Positions 25,030 to 37,997 of a stretch of DNA of 64,000 nucleotides are shown one piece after another. The stretch spans positions 434,001 through 498,000 of the forward strand of contig NC_043021.1 of assembly GCF_006345805.1 (NCBI RefSeq). Direction: 5' to 3'. Source of the stretch: Octopus sinensis. Taxonomy: Eukaryota. The first letter of the stretch is position 1. The number at the start of each line of letters is the position of its first letter. Under the pieces are notes generated by a model, which was not told the origin of the DNA, did no database searches, and was given only the letters and a program-made list of their open reading frames with translations. Both the position numbers and the translations under genes were made by a program.

Positions 25030-27070
25030 TTATATTTGAAAAAATTACCCCAAGGAAGAAATTACGATATAATATTTTAAACTAAATCTGTATCTTTAAT
25101 AACACGATAATCATATCAGTAATTTCGTTCATAGAAAGTATTTTTACGATATAAAAAGTCAGAAAATATATTATTGACATTTTTGTAAATCAAAAATTAG
25201 ATTTTTCAATCGTTTCTCAAGAATTTTTTCTCTTTTTCTTTTTGCTTCATCACTAAATAAATTCTTTTAAGGAAAGAACATCAAAGCAAACGTTCTAAAC
25301 TCATTTAAAATGTCAACAAACATCAAAGATCAATTAATGTAATATAGTAGAATATTTTTCGATAAATTTAATAAATTAGTTTACCTTGAAAGCCGAGTTT
25401 AGAAGAAGAATTGTGTGAGATACGACTGAAGCTGAGCGAAACTGGAGGAAGCGATTCAATGGTCGTCTGCTGCTTGCAAAAGTTATCGTCTGCTCAGAAG
25501 GAAAAGACCGGCTCATTCCGGATAGTTTCGGTTCAACCAGTGTGCGCGTGTGAGTGTGTGCGTGTGTGCGTGTGTGTGCGCGCGCGTGCGTGTATGTGTG
25601 AGCGCGTGCGTACATGCATGTGCGTGTGAGAGAGAGTAAATGTGTGCGCGCGTGCGTGTATGTGTGAGCGCGTGCGTACGTGTGAAAGAGTGTGCGCGCG
25701 TGCCTATATGTGTGAGCGCGTGCGTGCGTGTGTGACAGAGAGAGTGTGTGTGTGTGCGCGCGTGTGTGTCATGGAGCCACAGAGACGTATGAAACAAAGT
25801 AGGAGGAAATGAGATGGTAAGAAAAGAACCGAGCCAATGGCCGTCTGTCTCCTGAGAAGGATATTATTTGTTTCGAAAGGGAAAGCCGGGAAAGGTCCGG
25901 TTGTTTCTGGAAAGTTTTGATTTAACCATTGTATGTTTAATTCAGTGCGTATGTAACTGTGTCTATGTGTACGAGCGCGACGAGGCTACCTATCCGTCCA
26001 TTGTAAATAAATATAAGGCACAAAAAGAAAATGACTCTCCCCAGACACAACTAAATAAATGAAATCCTCTCAAAATTCAAAGGGTTGTGGGGTTTCAGAG
26101 AAGGGACCTCCAAATACTTACGGCTCTTCTTTTGACACTCCGGTCCCAGAACCGATGCCCATTCACCAAATACAACCTTCCCCCTTTTAGGCCCGGACAA
26201 AAAATGGTGAAAATAAAGTATCTACAAAATGACTGAAGTCAAAATATTAGACGACGACTTTTCATGTTAAACCTATGAAAGAAATCAAGAGTGAAATCAG
26301 AAAATCTGAAAACAGTGAATATATAAAAACTGTTTGTGGTCAGGTTTTCCTTTCCCACACACACTTCTTGTGTGCACAGGGACACTTTTCCATATCTGTT
26401 AGCAATGCTTCCTTATTACAGTGTCTCTCCCTTTCTATCTATCTATCTTCCATTTTGTTTCCCTTCTACGTCTCAGCGCCATCGCTCACATACATACTCA
26501 CACACACATAATACATAAATATACACACATACACACTCACTCACCCATACATACTCACACGCATACATACATATAAATACACACACATACATACTCACTC
26601 ACACATACACACAGTGGTTGAACCGAAATTATCCGGAAACAGCCGAACTTTGCCCCTTCTTTCCCAAGAGGCAGACGACCGCTGAATCTGTTCTTCCAGT
26701 TTCGTTGAATTTCTGCTGCCAATTTTTAATTCTAAACTCGGCTTTCAAGGTAAACTAATTTATTAAATTCATTGAAAAATATTCTACAATATTACATTAA
26801 TTTCTCTTTGATATTTGTTGACATTTTAAATGATTTAGCAAGTTTCGTCTTCTCTTCTTCTTTCCTTAAAAATTTACTTTAAAAAGTGACTGAAAAAATT
26901 ATTTTTCAAACAAAACTATCAAAGTTACAAAATAACTTCTTATATCGTATCATTATATGAATGAAATTACTTATATATATCGATCATAGTGTAAAAAAAC
27001 AAATTTAATTTTAAAATATTGTTTTGTAATTTCTTTAAGATTTTTACTTTCATCTCATTTCAAGATATAA
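25030..27070. mobile_element. Long-inverted-repeat (foldback-like) element, ~0.6-0.75 kb arms around ~0.6 kb core
   Basis: 25270-25545 is the reverse complement of ~26608-26860 (e.g. AATTAGTTTACCTTGAAAGCCGAGTTTAGAA and CCGGATAGTTTCGGTTCAACCA); similarity extends outward and through mirrored (GT)n/(AC)n tracts. Confidence 0.75.
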
Positions 27071-27775
27071 AAGCTCCAAAACGAACAAAGATACACATTT
27101 TAGTCTGCTCTTCTATTTGTCTGTTTGTCCATCCAGCATTTTGTGTCTATCAAGTCCTCTCTTTTCCTCTATATCTACTTCTATACATTTATTTATCGAC
27201 CTATGTATCCCTTTACTTACAAATCGATTGATTGATGGAGACAGAGAGTGAGAAAGTAGAGAGAGACAAATAGACAGGCGAACCGGTTAACAAAAGGGAA
27301 TATCAGATGTGCCGAGTGGTTCTTGTGAGAAATGTCTAATGCAACAAGTGAAAGTCTGATATGAGACGTCGTTATCGTAATTATCAAAAAGTAAAAACCA
27401 GTCAAGTGCTGAAGGTCGATATAATCGACTTGTCCCTCCCTTCAAAATACTGCTGGTCCTCTGCCAAAATCTGAGACCATTATATTTGTTATTAGAATCG
27501 TTAGCACACCAGACGAAAATGCTTCGTGGCATTTCGTCCGTCTTTATGTTCTGAGTTCAAATTCCGCCGAGATCGACTTTGCCTTTCATCCTTTTGGGAA
27601 CGATAAAATAAGTGCCCCTAAAATTTCAAACCGTGTGCCTAGTCGAAAGAATTATTTTGCAGAATCCTAATCTATGAAGCTAAAAACAGATTTGAAGAAA
27701 CAATGGGTTTTAGCGCTTAGCCGAAAATAATGGCCGCTCGAAGTGTTGTGTTTTCAAACACAATTTCATCCTAAG

Positions 27776-28170
27776 AACTAGAAGTATCGCGCGGCGTTGC
27801 TCGGGTTTGTTTTGACCCTTTAGAATTGGAAGTTTTTATAAGTAAAAACTTTGCATTATATAGCTTGTTATTCTCTTTAAGTGAACATTTTTCTGGTTGA
27901 AATACACCGAAAAATGGCGACACAGCAGTCAAAAAATCGTAAAAAATTTTGATTTTCATAGAAAAAAAAAGCACCTTTTTGATGTAAATAATTTTTGGTG
28001 TTAACATGGTCCGATTTGAATTTTTCTTCTACGGAAGGAAGAGCAAGCCTTCTTCTATCATACTCTCAATTTTGGTCAACTTGCGCCGCAGGGTCTCGGA
28101 GGAGATAGTGTTAGTTGAAGGCTACCAAACCTGCCATACACAGACAACTTCAGCTTTATATATAGAGAGA
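27776..28170 (+). mobile_element. Non-autonomous Helitron/Helentron-like element
   Basis: Starts AACTAG...CGCGGCGTTGCTCGGG and ends ACACAGACAACTTCAGCTTTATATATAGAG, the layout of Lep1-type non-autonomous rolling-circle elements. Confidence 0.5.
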
Positions 28171-28179
28171 TTTTAATTA

Positions 28180-29337
28180 TATTTTAGGTGAATTTCAACA
28201 TACTTGGTAATTGATGTATGCTCTTTAATAATTTTTTACTTATTTCAGACAGAAAATATCCCTGAAGCATAGGCACCCTTAATTGTACACATGACAAAAA
28301 AAGACCGTTTATTTTTCTTGCATGAGTTCAAGCTTGGGTCTAATGCCTCCCAAACTGCTGCCAATATCAACAGAGCATAGGGAGAGGGGTCCACAAGTGA
28401 TTGCACAGTGTGAAGGTGGTTTCAGAAATTCTGTAGTGGTGATGAGAGCCTTGAAGATGAAGAAGGTAGAGGTCGGTCATGCTGTCTTAACAATGAACAA
28501 TTAAAAGCAATTGTTGAACAAAATCCAAGTCAAAGTGTCTGAGAAATGTCTCAGGTATTTGGTATTGGTATTGCAACAGTCTCATGCAATCTGCAGAAGA
28601 TTTGTAAGGTGGAAAAGCTCAATGAAAATCAAAATGTTTGGCATTTTGAAGTATGCTCTTTCTACAAAACACCAATGATACTTTTCTTGACGAAAAGTGG
28701 ATTTTTTATGATAACCGTAAATGATCAGGTCAATGGCTTGATCATGATGAGTGCCCCCAAATATTTCCCAAAGCCAAAGTTGCCTCAGGAAAAGATTACG
28801 GTGACTGTCTGGTGGTCTAAAATTGGTGTTGTCCATTACAACGTTTCTGGAAGTCAATCAGAGCATTACAGCAGAGGTTTACTGCAATCAACCTGCTGAA
28901 ATGCATGCTCACTTGCAAATAATGAGACCTGCATTGGTGAATCGGCATGACCCAATCCTGCTCCATGCTAATGCAAAGCCACATGTTGCAAGAATGACGC
29001 TGCAGAAACTCACAGACTTGGGATACAAGATTTTACTACATCCTCCATATTCTCCTGACCGTTCACTCACTGACTACCATTTTTTAAGTATCTAAACATG
29101 TTTTTAAGTGATAAAACTTTCAGGTCCAGACCAGAAGTGGGCTCAGCTTTCAGAGTTTTCTTAGCATCAAAGCCAATAAGTTTTTATCAACGAGGCATAA
29201 ATAATCTTGTTGATGGATGGCAGGGAAGCATAGATGTTCATGGCTCATACTTTGACTAATTAAAACATTTCTACTGTTAATTTTTCCAGAATAAAATTGT
29301 TTCTAAAATTGATCCTTATTTTTGGAACAACCTAATA
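28180..29337 (+). mobile_element. Decayed near-full-length mariner
   Basis: FLHEFKLG...RWFQKF...LEDEEGRGR, FLDEKWIFYDN, LLHANAKPH, HPPYSPDRSLTDY; 3' TIR CCTTATTTTTGGAACAACCTAATA; multiple stops and frameshifts. Confidence 0.88.
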
Positions 29338-29968
29338 ATTTCTTACTTTATTCTATAGAAATTCTTTGGAGAGTTAAGGAGGAGGAAAGAAGGATAATAT
29401 CTATAGAAGCTGACAGGAAATATGTTAATAATGTAAGGAATTGGGTCTCCAACCTGAAACTAGAAGTAGATCAGGGTAGATAGAATGTGGGTCAGAGACG
29501 TTTCATTACATGCTGTGGTGGTATGATTTGAAATAAAGCTTAACTAGAAAATATTGGTGTAACCTAGAGCATGGGAAAAGCTGGTCCTTAGTAGATTTAA
29601 TTTCATTGAAGACCATATTAAGTCTTTCCTTAATAGGAAGATAGACTAGCAGAGAGGATTAGAGAGGACACACTGTAGCAAGATTACAAAATAATGACAG
29701 ATCCCTTTAGAGAGAAAACAAGATTAAAGTAATTGGAAGGGAGTATGTGAAGACCAAATTCTCTTATTGGTCTGAAACAACCAGAGATATCCCTGCACTT
29801 GGATATTGTGGCATGTGAAGAAACTTTTTGAAGAGGTTTTGATTGAGAGAGCAAATTATGGAGTTAAATGTAAAGCAAGTGGCACTCCATAAGACAGACA
29901 TTTTGGTTACATTGAAGATGATTCTGTAAAATTGGCTGACATTTAATAAAGGATCAGAGAACATGGTA

Positions 29969-30545
29969 CCAGGGTGGGCTAAAAAGTTCATAGTCTGATC
30001 AAAGTATTCTCATGGAACGTGACTGAATGAGGTTAAATTTTCAACATGGTCCCTCTTGTGGCCCACACACTTCTTCCATCGATGTTGCAGTGATTGGATC
30101 CCATTGATAAAGAAGCTTTCATCCTGTTGCTAAAAAAAAAGTCACTAACAGCAGATATGACTTGATCATCACTACAATATTGCTTCCCAACCAACAGATG
30201 ATAGTCAGATGGGGCCAAATCAGGAGAATAGGGACAGTGATGAACCAGTTCAAAGCCATAGTCATGCACAGCAGCCATTGAAACAAAGGACTTGTGTGCT
30301 GGAGCATTGTCCCAGTGAAACAAGACCCCTTTCATCAGTTTTCTTGGATGCTTGGTCTTTATAGCCTTTCGTAACTGCCTCAGCAACTTGGCATCGTCTC
30401 TCCATTGATGGTGTGTCCCTTTTGAATTGAGGCCATCACCACCCCTGCAGATGAAATGACCTTGGCCTACTTTGTAGCAAGTGACGAATCCACTACATGG
30501 ATTGTCTTTTTGTCACTGAGTCAAGGTGATGAAGCCAATCCCCAC
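29969..30545 (-). mobile_element. Mariner 3' half
   Basis: FHWDNAPAH...HCPYSPDLAPSDYHL (ORF 30033-30386); TIR-like TA|CCAGGGTGGGCTAAAAAGTTCATAG at ~29969. Confidence 0.85.
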
Positions 30546-32142
30546 CCTCAAAAGTGATTTTGCATATTACGTGATGTTGATAAGTATGAGAAAGGTAAGC
30601 AGCAGGTTAGAGATTAGATTTGTTGTTATAATAGGAGGTGGATGGTTGTCCAATATATTCAAGATGTTTACTGATTAATCTTCATTTTCAGTTGTTGTTA
30701 TTTGAGATATACTGTGCCTGAAAAAAATGTAGGAGGGATAGTTATGGTTGGAACAGCATGATTATAAGCCTGCTTGATCAGGGGATGGCCTAGGGCTAAG
30801 CAGCAACAACAACAAAGTACTAATAATTGCAATATTACTCATTGACTTATGAGGACCAAGATGTAATGTTACTCTTTGGATATTAATGGTATTGAAAAAG
30901 ATTTGAGTGTCACAACTGGTCGTTTCTTCTTCAATTAAATCTAAATTGTATTTAGTCATCAAAAGAAACTAATATTAAAATCATCAAATTCTATTAGAAA
31001 ACAACATCAACAAATTTTTATTTAAGCACATATGTGTGTGTCTGTGTGTCCTGGTTTTGGAAGAGGCTCACTGCATCCCTGCATGTTGTAAGAGGCAACT
31101 AAAATGGTTGGTGACAGGAGAGGCATCCAGCTGAAAAACACTTCCACACAGAAATTGTCCAACCCATGCCAGCATGGAAAACTGGACATAAAACGCTGAT
31201 AAATGAGTGTGTGTGTGCATGTATGTATGTATGTATATATATATATATACCTACACGTATATATTTTTTTAAGTGTGTGTGTGTGTGTGTTTATTTCGAA
31301 ATTTTATTTTTTCTTGGGTGAGCTCTTCCAGATTCCAAAATACAAAACATCTCCTGTACAAAGTCTTATGTTGCTAAAATAAAGGAACAACAAACAGTTA
31401 TACAAATATATTTGTTAGTGTTAACACCATTGTAGGATAGAAAAAGAATATGTTTTAATTGATTATAGGTCCTAGATTAGCATTTAAGATGTTTTGGAAA
31501 GAAATTTTTGTCTGTATGAAAAATAACTTGTGTTTCTTGTACAAAAAATATTGTAGAATCAATCAGCTGAGTAGAGAAATGGCAGTTTATTAGCTGATAG
31601 TTTTATTTTTTTATTTTTACATTCTACTTTTTAAAAAACAAAAAGACATCAAAGTCCAATATTTGGGTTTCTGTCGGATTCAAATTTACAAAAGTGTAGA
31701 CATTGATGACGGTGATGAAAATAGCAAAATTTCAATTAATATGTCTGTGTAAATTTGGTATTGATTTGTGTATGTATGTGTGTGTGCATGTGCTTGTGTT
31801 ATGTGTGTGTGTGTGCATACATATACTTTCCATATAAAAACATATATACACCTATATGCAGAAATATACAATCTTACATTTATAATGTTAAATAATGTCT
31901 GTGTGCGTGTGTGTGTGTGTATAATGTATGTATATACATTCAAATTCACATAAAAAAAACACCTACATATACAATATAATCTAATGAATCTAAATCTGGA
32001 TTGTTTAAAATCTTTAATAGTGTTTTGAAAATAAGTTTTAGATTCATTATCTGAATGATATGCAGATGGTTGTAACCAGAATCTTCTGAGCACATCTGTA
32101 TTATAAAGATGAATGTTAACCAGTGATTATGATGTGAATGGT

Positions 32143-32316
32143 TCAAGAAATAGTGATGACTACTTTGTTGGGCCGTTTCAGCTGGCTTTCTCGTACCAAT
32201 GCTGCTAACATGCTGTTTTCATTCATTAATAATTCAGAAGCTTTATCAAATTCCACAATTCTACCTTGATCTAATACCATAACACGGTCATAATCATTTA
32301 GATGAGTCAGATGATG
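32143..32316 (-). CDS. ABCC terminal exon: H-loop to stop
   Basis: ttccag| HHLTHLNDYDRVMVLDQGRIVEFD...VVITIS*; TGA at 32145-32143. Confidence 0.92.
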   Translation of the reverse strand, partial: HHLTHLNDYDRVMVLDQGRIVEFDKASELLMNENSMLAALVRESQLKRPNKVVITIS

Positions 32317-32599
32317 CTGGAAAGTAAAGAAAACATTGCATATAATGACAGAATTAAGAATCAAAAGACATCTCCAATACCACACCACACACACACTTAG
32401 TGTTCCCACAATGCAACACTACACATCACCTTACACAATATAACTATCCACAATGTTGCCACAACATGTGTGCGTGCACACATATCACCTTTTATAATAT
32501 ATCTTAAAGGACCAAGATGCTTGACACCTCACTGTACTCAAGAAGGCCCATACCCCACAGCAGAAGCAATAAGGCTGCTCCCTCTGGTGAAGATGATTT

Positions 32600-32800
32600 A
32601 CCTGCAAGAGTCTTGTGCAGTACCACATAAAAACACCCAGCATATTCTGTAAAGTGGTTGGTGTTAGGAAGGGCATCCAGCTGTAGAAACCATAGCAAGT
32701 CAGACTGCAGTCTGGTGCAGTTCTGCAACTTGCCAGCTCTGGTCAAACCATCCAATTCAGGCCAGCAGGGAAAACAGACGTTAAATAACAATGATGATCT
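32600..32800 (+). mobile_element. Short RTE 3'-UTR copy (also ~31080-31200 +, 41410-41600 -, 47830-48073 +)
   Basis: TTAGGAAGGGCATCCAGCTGTAGAAAC...GGAAAACAGACGTTAAA + (GAT)n shared with the 3' end of the RTE at 55063-55400. Confidence 0.75.
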
Positions 32801-33865
32801 TAACCCTACATAATACCCAGATTATTTGAAATTATCACACTGTCCCTAAACTTTGTGTCCTACCAGTAAATGATGGTCTCAGGTTAATGTTTCCATCTGT
32901 GAAACATTCCTTACCATTTTAGGAGCAACCTTCAGTTCTAAAGAGCTGCCTACACACAATTGAGTCTTTCAACTTGGAAGACAACATGGCTTCTGTTTGT
33001 TAACACTTAAGAATGAACAAGCTAATTTATCAACCAGGTACAGGAATTACTATAATTAATGGGAGTGTGGAGAAGCAAAGGATAATTTAAGAATTGAATT
33101 AGAATTTAGTAACAATTGGTTAGTAAGAGGACTTAGTCTAAAATTCATTTGAAGGAGGAGAGATATAGTAAAATGTTTTTTTTATGAAGGAATAACATTT
33201 TTTCAAATCAATAGTGGAGGCATATGACTTAGTGGTTAGGGTGTTCGACTTATGATCTTGAGATTGTGGTTTCAGTTCCTGGTTTGGGGAACGTGTTGAG
33301 TTCTTGAACAAAGCACTTCACTTCACATTGCACTATTCCACTCAGCTAGAGAACGAGTAACCCTGCAATGGATTGGCATCCCATCCAGGGAGGAATGCAT
33401 ATGCCACAGAAACTGGGGAATCTGGCCTCTTTAAAGAGTATTGTGGACTCATCAATAAGGGATTGGATTCACAAATAAGGGGTTGGACTCACCAGTAAGG
33501 GGTTAGACGCACCAGTAGGGGGTTTGACTAAAACTACAAGTCAATGGATTGGACACTTTTGCCAGCACAAATCCGTCTGCCCTGGATCAGCTGACATTCT
33601 GCATTTGAGAGCATTGTTGATTTACATTGCTGTGTTCAAATCTTACCTTTGCTGTGGTTTGAAGAAATACTTGTCAAGCTATACACAATGCCTCCAAATC
33701 TACACACACACACATACACATGCACAATGTAGGAGGCACTTACATATGCACTAAGGAAATCTGAGTTATTTCAATGAATATATGTTTAAATAATTAGTTT
33801 TAAAATAAATTTAAGTTAATTCAATCCTTTAATATATTCAGGATTTGAAAATAAAGTTCACTCAC

Positions 33866-34012
33866 CAAAGTCACAAGAACGGTGGAATCCCTGAACACAG
33901 TGCGGATGAGGTCCTGAATGGTTTCCTCCATCAAGGCATCATCGTTAGTGTGTTCCTGCTCCACAATAACTATTTTACTGTCTCTCATATAAGCTCGAGC
34001 AAAACAGAAAAG
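33866..34012 (-). CDS. ABCC exon: NBD2 Walker B/D-loop (degenerate)
   Basis: ttacag| LFCFARAYMRDSKIVIVEQEHTNDD...VFRDSTVLVTL |gtgagt; phase 0 to 0. Confidence 0.92.
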
Positions 34013-34206
34013 CTGTAAAAGAAACAAGGATTACATATATTTAAGTCACACACATAATGAGGAAACTTTCCTAGGGAATCAAACACAATGACTGTACAAG
34101 GCTGGTTTTGAACATGCGATCTTGTGGTCAATTATTTAATCCAATACCTTCATGTAATAAACATCGGCTAAAGGAAATGAACAATTAAAACATTTGAAAA
34201 TCTCAC

Positions 34207-34256
34207 CTGTCTTTGTCCAATAGTAAATTCCTTGCCTTCATGGAGGACAACAGTTT
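34207..34256 (-). CDS. ABCC exon: NBD2 signature
   Basis: ccacag| TVVLHEGKEFTIGQRQ |gtgaga; phase 1 to 0. Confidence 0.9.
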
Positions 34257-36164
34257 CTGTGGAGAGAAATATCACTGGTAAAAATAACCATATAAACGAT
34301 AATTTCAACTGTTTGGGCACAAATTACAAGCTACATCTGACAGTGTTTAGGGTAACACAGATTAGAGGCTAGAGGTAAGTGTTTGAGATAACACAGATTA
34401 TGGGTAATATAGCTTACAACATTTGGGGTAACACAGATTACAGAATTCAGACAAAATAGTGTTCAATATTAAGGGCAACTTCGACTGTGTACTTCTGAGT
34501 GTCTCTTTGAAATGTTAAGCAGTTATACAGGAAATCCTAATTAACCACATTGAAGGGGTCTCGTGGTTATAGCTGCTAAAGGAGAGTACCCAGATATAAT
34601 ATAAAGTGCTGACAGGGGCAGCCTTAACCTTGCAGAAACTGTGTGTGTCTGCATGCGCGCGCACACACACAATAAACACAGATAGGTTATTGTTTATTCT
34701 TCACCTAACTTGGAACCTTCCATGCATTTGGATCTGGAGTTTGTGCAGTGAGTGTACCCCCGTGTGACTTTGAATGCATACTGTGTATTCTGTAAGTACT
34801 TGTGTGTGTGTGCATAACTGGAAGGACAAATCCATATTTACTTTAGTAAGTATGTATATGTCAATATCCCCAACTCTACCTTGCTGCTTTTGCTATCTAA
34901 ATACTCTGATTCCACCAAATCCTGAAAATTTTAATTCTATATAAATATATATATACAGATAGATGGGTGTGTTGTGATCGTGAGATAAATATTAGTATGG
35001 AATACCAAAAAAAGAAAAAAAAAAGTCTTTCTAATGACTACAACTTGCACTTGTTTTCGACACAATGATAGGTGCACCATGTACCCCATTCCATTATCCA
35101 TTAGTGTTCTAAGTTCTTCATCAATCATAGCAGCATTGCATTTCATTAGTTTTGACCATGGTCTTGGAAGGACACTGCACAGTTCATCATGCCATGTGTC
35201 AATTTGGCTGGTGAGCAACCCTGGCTGCCTCAATCAATGCCTTTATTAAACAGCAACTATTGTCTTATTTGTCAACTGAAATAAGGTTGCTACAGAGTTA
35301 TTTACTGGTCATTTTCTGCAATTTGAGTGAGCTTCAAGAGATGCTAGGGACTTAGTGAGGGTCCAGGTTTCTCATCCATAAAAAAAAGATTGCTGCAACT
35401 ATGAAAATTCATTGGCTGTAAGTCCAGATAGGCTTCATTTCATTGGATTTACTTTCTAGCTAAGGCCTCTGTGTATTTTGCTGTCCATTTATGTTCTTGC
35501 TACTAGTGAACTGTGGTCAGTTAATTATCAGGACACAAAAACCAATTGAATGGTTTCAACAGAGAGAAAATTGACCTACATTCATAAGGCAACTATGTTC
35601 ACCAAACCCATTTCTTCTCTATAAGTTGAACCAGTTACCAATGAGTTCTGCAATGGCTTTTTAAGACCAATGAGGGAATTCTACCTGCTAGAAATAACAG
35701 CCAAATCTCCCCTCCAATTACACCCTAACATGTGAACAAAAGAAAAGTACATTAATATTATAACAGACCTCTCTATGAAGATCGTGATTTGAACAACTAA
35801 GATAAAGGTTGACCTGGGGCTAAACAACAACACCAGATGTAAGCTTCCCTGTCTACCTTTGGTTTAATGTCCAAATTAATGAAATTCCTCTGAGTAACGA
35901 ACTGCTGACTGAGAATAATAACAGGAAACCCTTCAGAATGTGTTACATTCAATCAACATATTTAAGTGTCAAAGTAGTTTAAAATGTCTTCTCAGAGATC
36001 TTAATCAGGTTAATCAGCTGTTGAAAGTATATGTAAGATCAGTTTGGAGTTTACCTATGAGGGTCAGTTTGACATTATATATAACAAAAGGAAGGTGTGT
36101 GTGTGTGATTATTGATGTGTCAAGCAATGGCAATCCTAAAAATACAACATCTCTATCAACATAC

Positions 36165-36268
36165 CCAGTTTATGGGGAAGCTCTTGAACTGTGCTTTTCA
36201 TTTGAACTGCATTCAAAGCTTCCCAAATCTCTGGATCTTTATATATGCCTTCTGGATCGAGATTGAAC
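36165..36268 (-). CDS. ABCC exon: NBD2
   Basis: tttcag| FNLDPEGIYKDPEIWEALNAVQMKSTVQELPHKL |gtatgt; phase 2 to 1. Confidence 0.92.
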
Positions 36269-36870
36269 CTGAAAAACAAAACATTTCCGATATCGGCATT
36301 AACTGACTCTCTTTATGTTTGCTTGGTTTTAGTTTAATACAGGTTTACTTGATATACAAATTCATAGATTTACACAAGTTGTTCAAACTGTTATTTTAAT
36401 AAAATTTGATAAAGCTTCATTTGAGTAGAAGCTTAACTGTGTCTTAAGTTTAAAGTGACAGGCTAGATGTATCTGGCATATTTGAGCTACGACATTTGGC
36501 CAGTTATTTCTGTATCTACTTCAACACAGTTTCAAATTCCAGAGTCTATTCATACCTCAACCCTGAACCTCAGTGGTTTTATACTCACCTCTGATAAAGT
36601 ATGTATTTCTACAGCAACAAATCAATCGGTTAGTAATCTGCCACTCTATCCAATTTAGCAGTTCGTCTCTTTAGCTAATTTACTATTTACTCCTAAAGTA
36701 TTACTCAAAGAAGATTAAAATTTTTGTGAAAAGCTGAACAACTGCAAATGTAAACACAGATTCCATTTGGTCCACATCACAGTTTTACAATGATAGATAC
36801 AATTTATAGAGACAGACAACATGTTGAGTTTGGAATAATGTAGATTTGAAATGATGAATGAGAAACTCAC

Positions 36871-37058
36871 CTGACTGTTCCGTCAAACATGATTGGGTCG
36901 TGGGGTACAATGGAAAGACGAGATCTCAGAACTTGGGACGGCACAACTGATATGTCCTGATAGTTTATCAAGATCTTTCCTTCATGTACATGGATCATCT
37001 TGAATAAGGATAAGATGAGAGATGATCGCCCACTCCCAGCATGTCCACAGAAGGCCAC
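36871..37058 (-). CDS. ABCC exon: NBD2 Walker A and Q-loop (degenerate)
   Basis: ttcaag| VAFCGHAGSGRSS...LRSRLSIVPHDPIMFDGTV |gtgagt; phase 0 to 2. Confidence 0.92.
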
Positions 37059-37866
37059 CTTGAAATATAGAAAAACAACAAACTGCTGTGTAACTGGCAG
37101 CAATAGAAGGAACACACACAACCACTGCCACCATGACTAACCACCTCTAGACTAGTCATCATCCCAGCACTAACATTACTAAATATAACCATCAACATCT
37201 TCAGCATCACTCCACCTTTGCATAACATACACAAACCAACAAAAGAGCTGATGTGTGGTCACGTGACCAGCTAGATAGGGGTAATGTCACATGACCAGCT
37301 AGATAGGGTAATGTCACATGATCATGTGATTGACCAAATTACTGAATGTTATACATCACTGGTCACAATGCACCTCGCATTGTTTTAGCTTTCGAATTAT
37401 GATCGGAAGGCTCGTCCATCATGGGGTTATTCATTTACAATTGTATAGACTAGAGCAATATGAAATGAAGTGTTCCTAATCTGGGAATTGAACCCACTAC
37501 CTAGCAATTGTAAGTGCAACACCCTAACCACTATCTCACATACCCTCACAGATATGGTAATATAATCTTCCTGAAATAACACACTACCATCAAGACATAC
37601 ATTATTTCTGAAAAAAATAAATGACAGGTGGAACGTCTTTGATCAAAAGTTTGTTTGATCAGGGTTATATATATATCGCATATCCCACAATATTACCAGA
37701 CAAATCTTTAAGCTATCCACCATCTTTACAGTAAGTCCTTCTCTACCAGTTCTCGCTAGATGTATGGAGAGGAGTCACTCCCAAAGAAATGATCAGTTAT
37801 TACCACAGCGTAAGTCTGTAATTAACCACCTCTACCATCACCATCACAAACAACAAGATTTGTTAC

Positions 37867-37997
37867 CTTTTCCGCATCTTTTATAGTAAAAGTGGCATCC
37901 ATAACAACGGGGCTCTGTTCAGGATCATAGTTTAAGGCAATATGTTGAAATTCAATGTCACCAACATCTGGCCAAGACTCAGGTACCTCAATGCAAT
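37867..37997 (-). CDS. ABCC exon: start of NBD2
   Basis: ttacag| CIEVPESWPDVGDIEFQHIALNYDPEQSPVVMDATFTIKDAEK |gtaaca; phase 1 to 0. Confidence 0.92.

Noticed and set aside
30600-32142. Alternative SUR2A/2B-style terminal exon
   Set aside because: No second phase-0 exon starting with an H-loop was recognised downstream of the stop.
34700-34930. Candidate ABCC exons with AG/GT sites
   Set aside because: Required phases give stops or non-NBD sequence; NBD2 is already complete with 36165-36268 joined to 34207-34256.
33866-37058. A-to-I editing restoring the NBD2 catalytic residues
   Set aside because: CGA>Lys, CAC>Gln and GAG CAG>Asp Glu cannot be reached by A-to-G changes.
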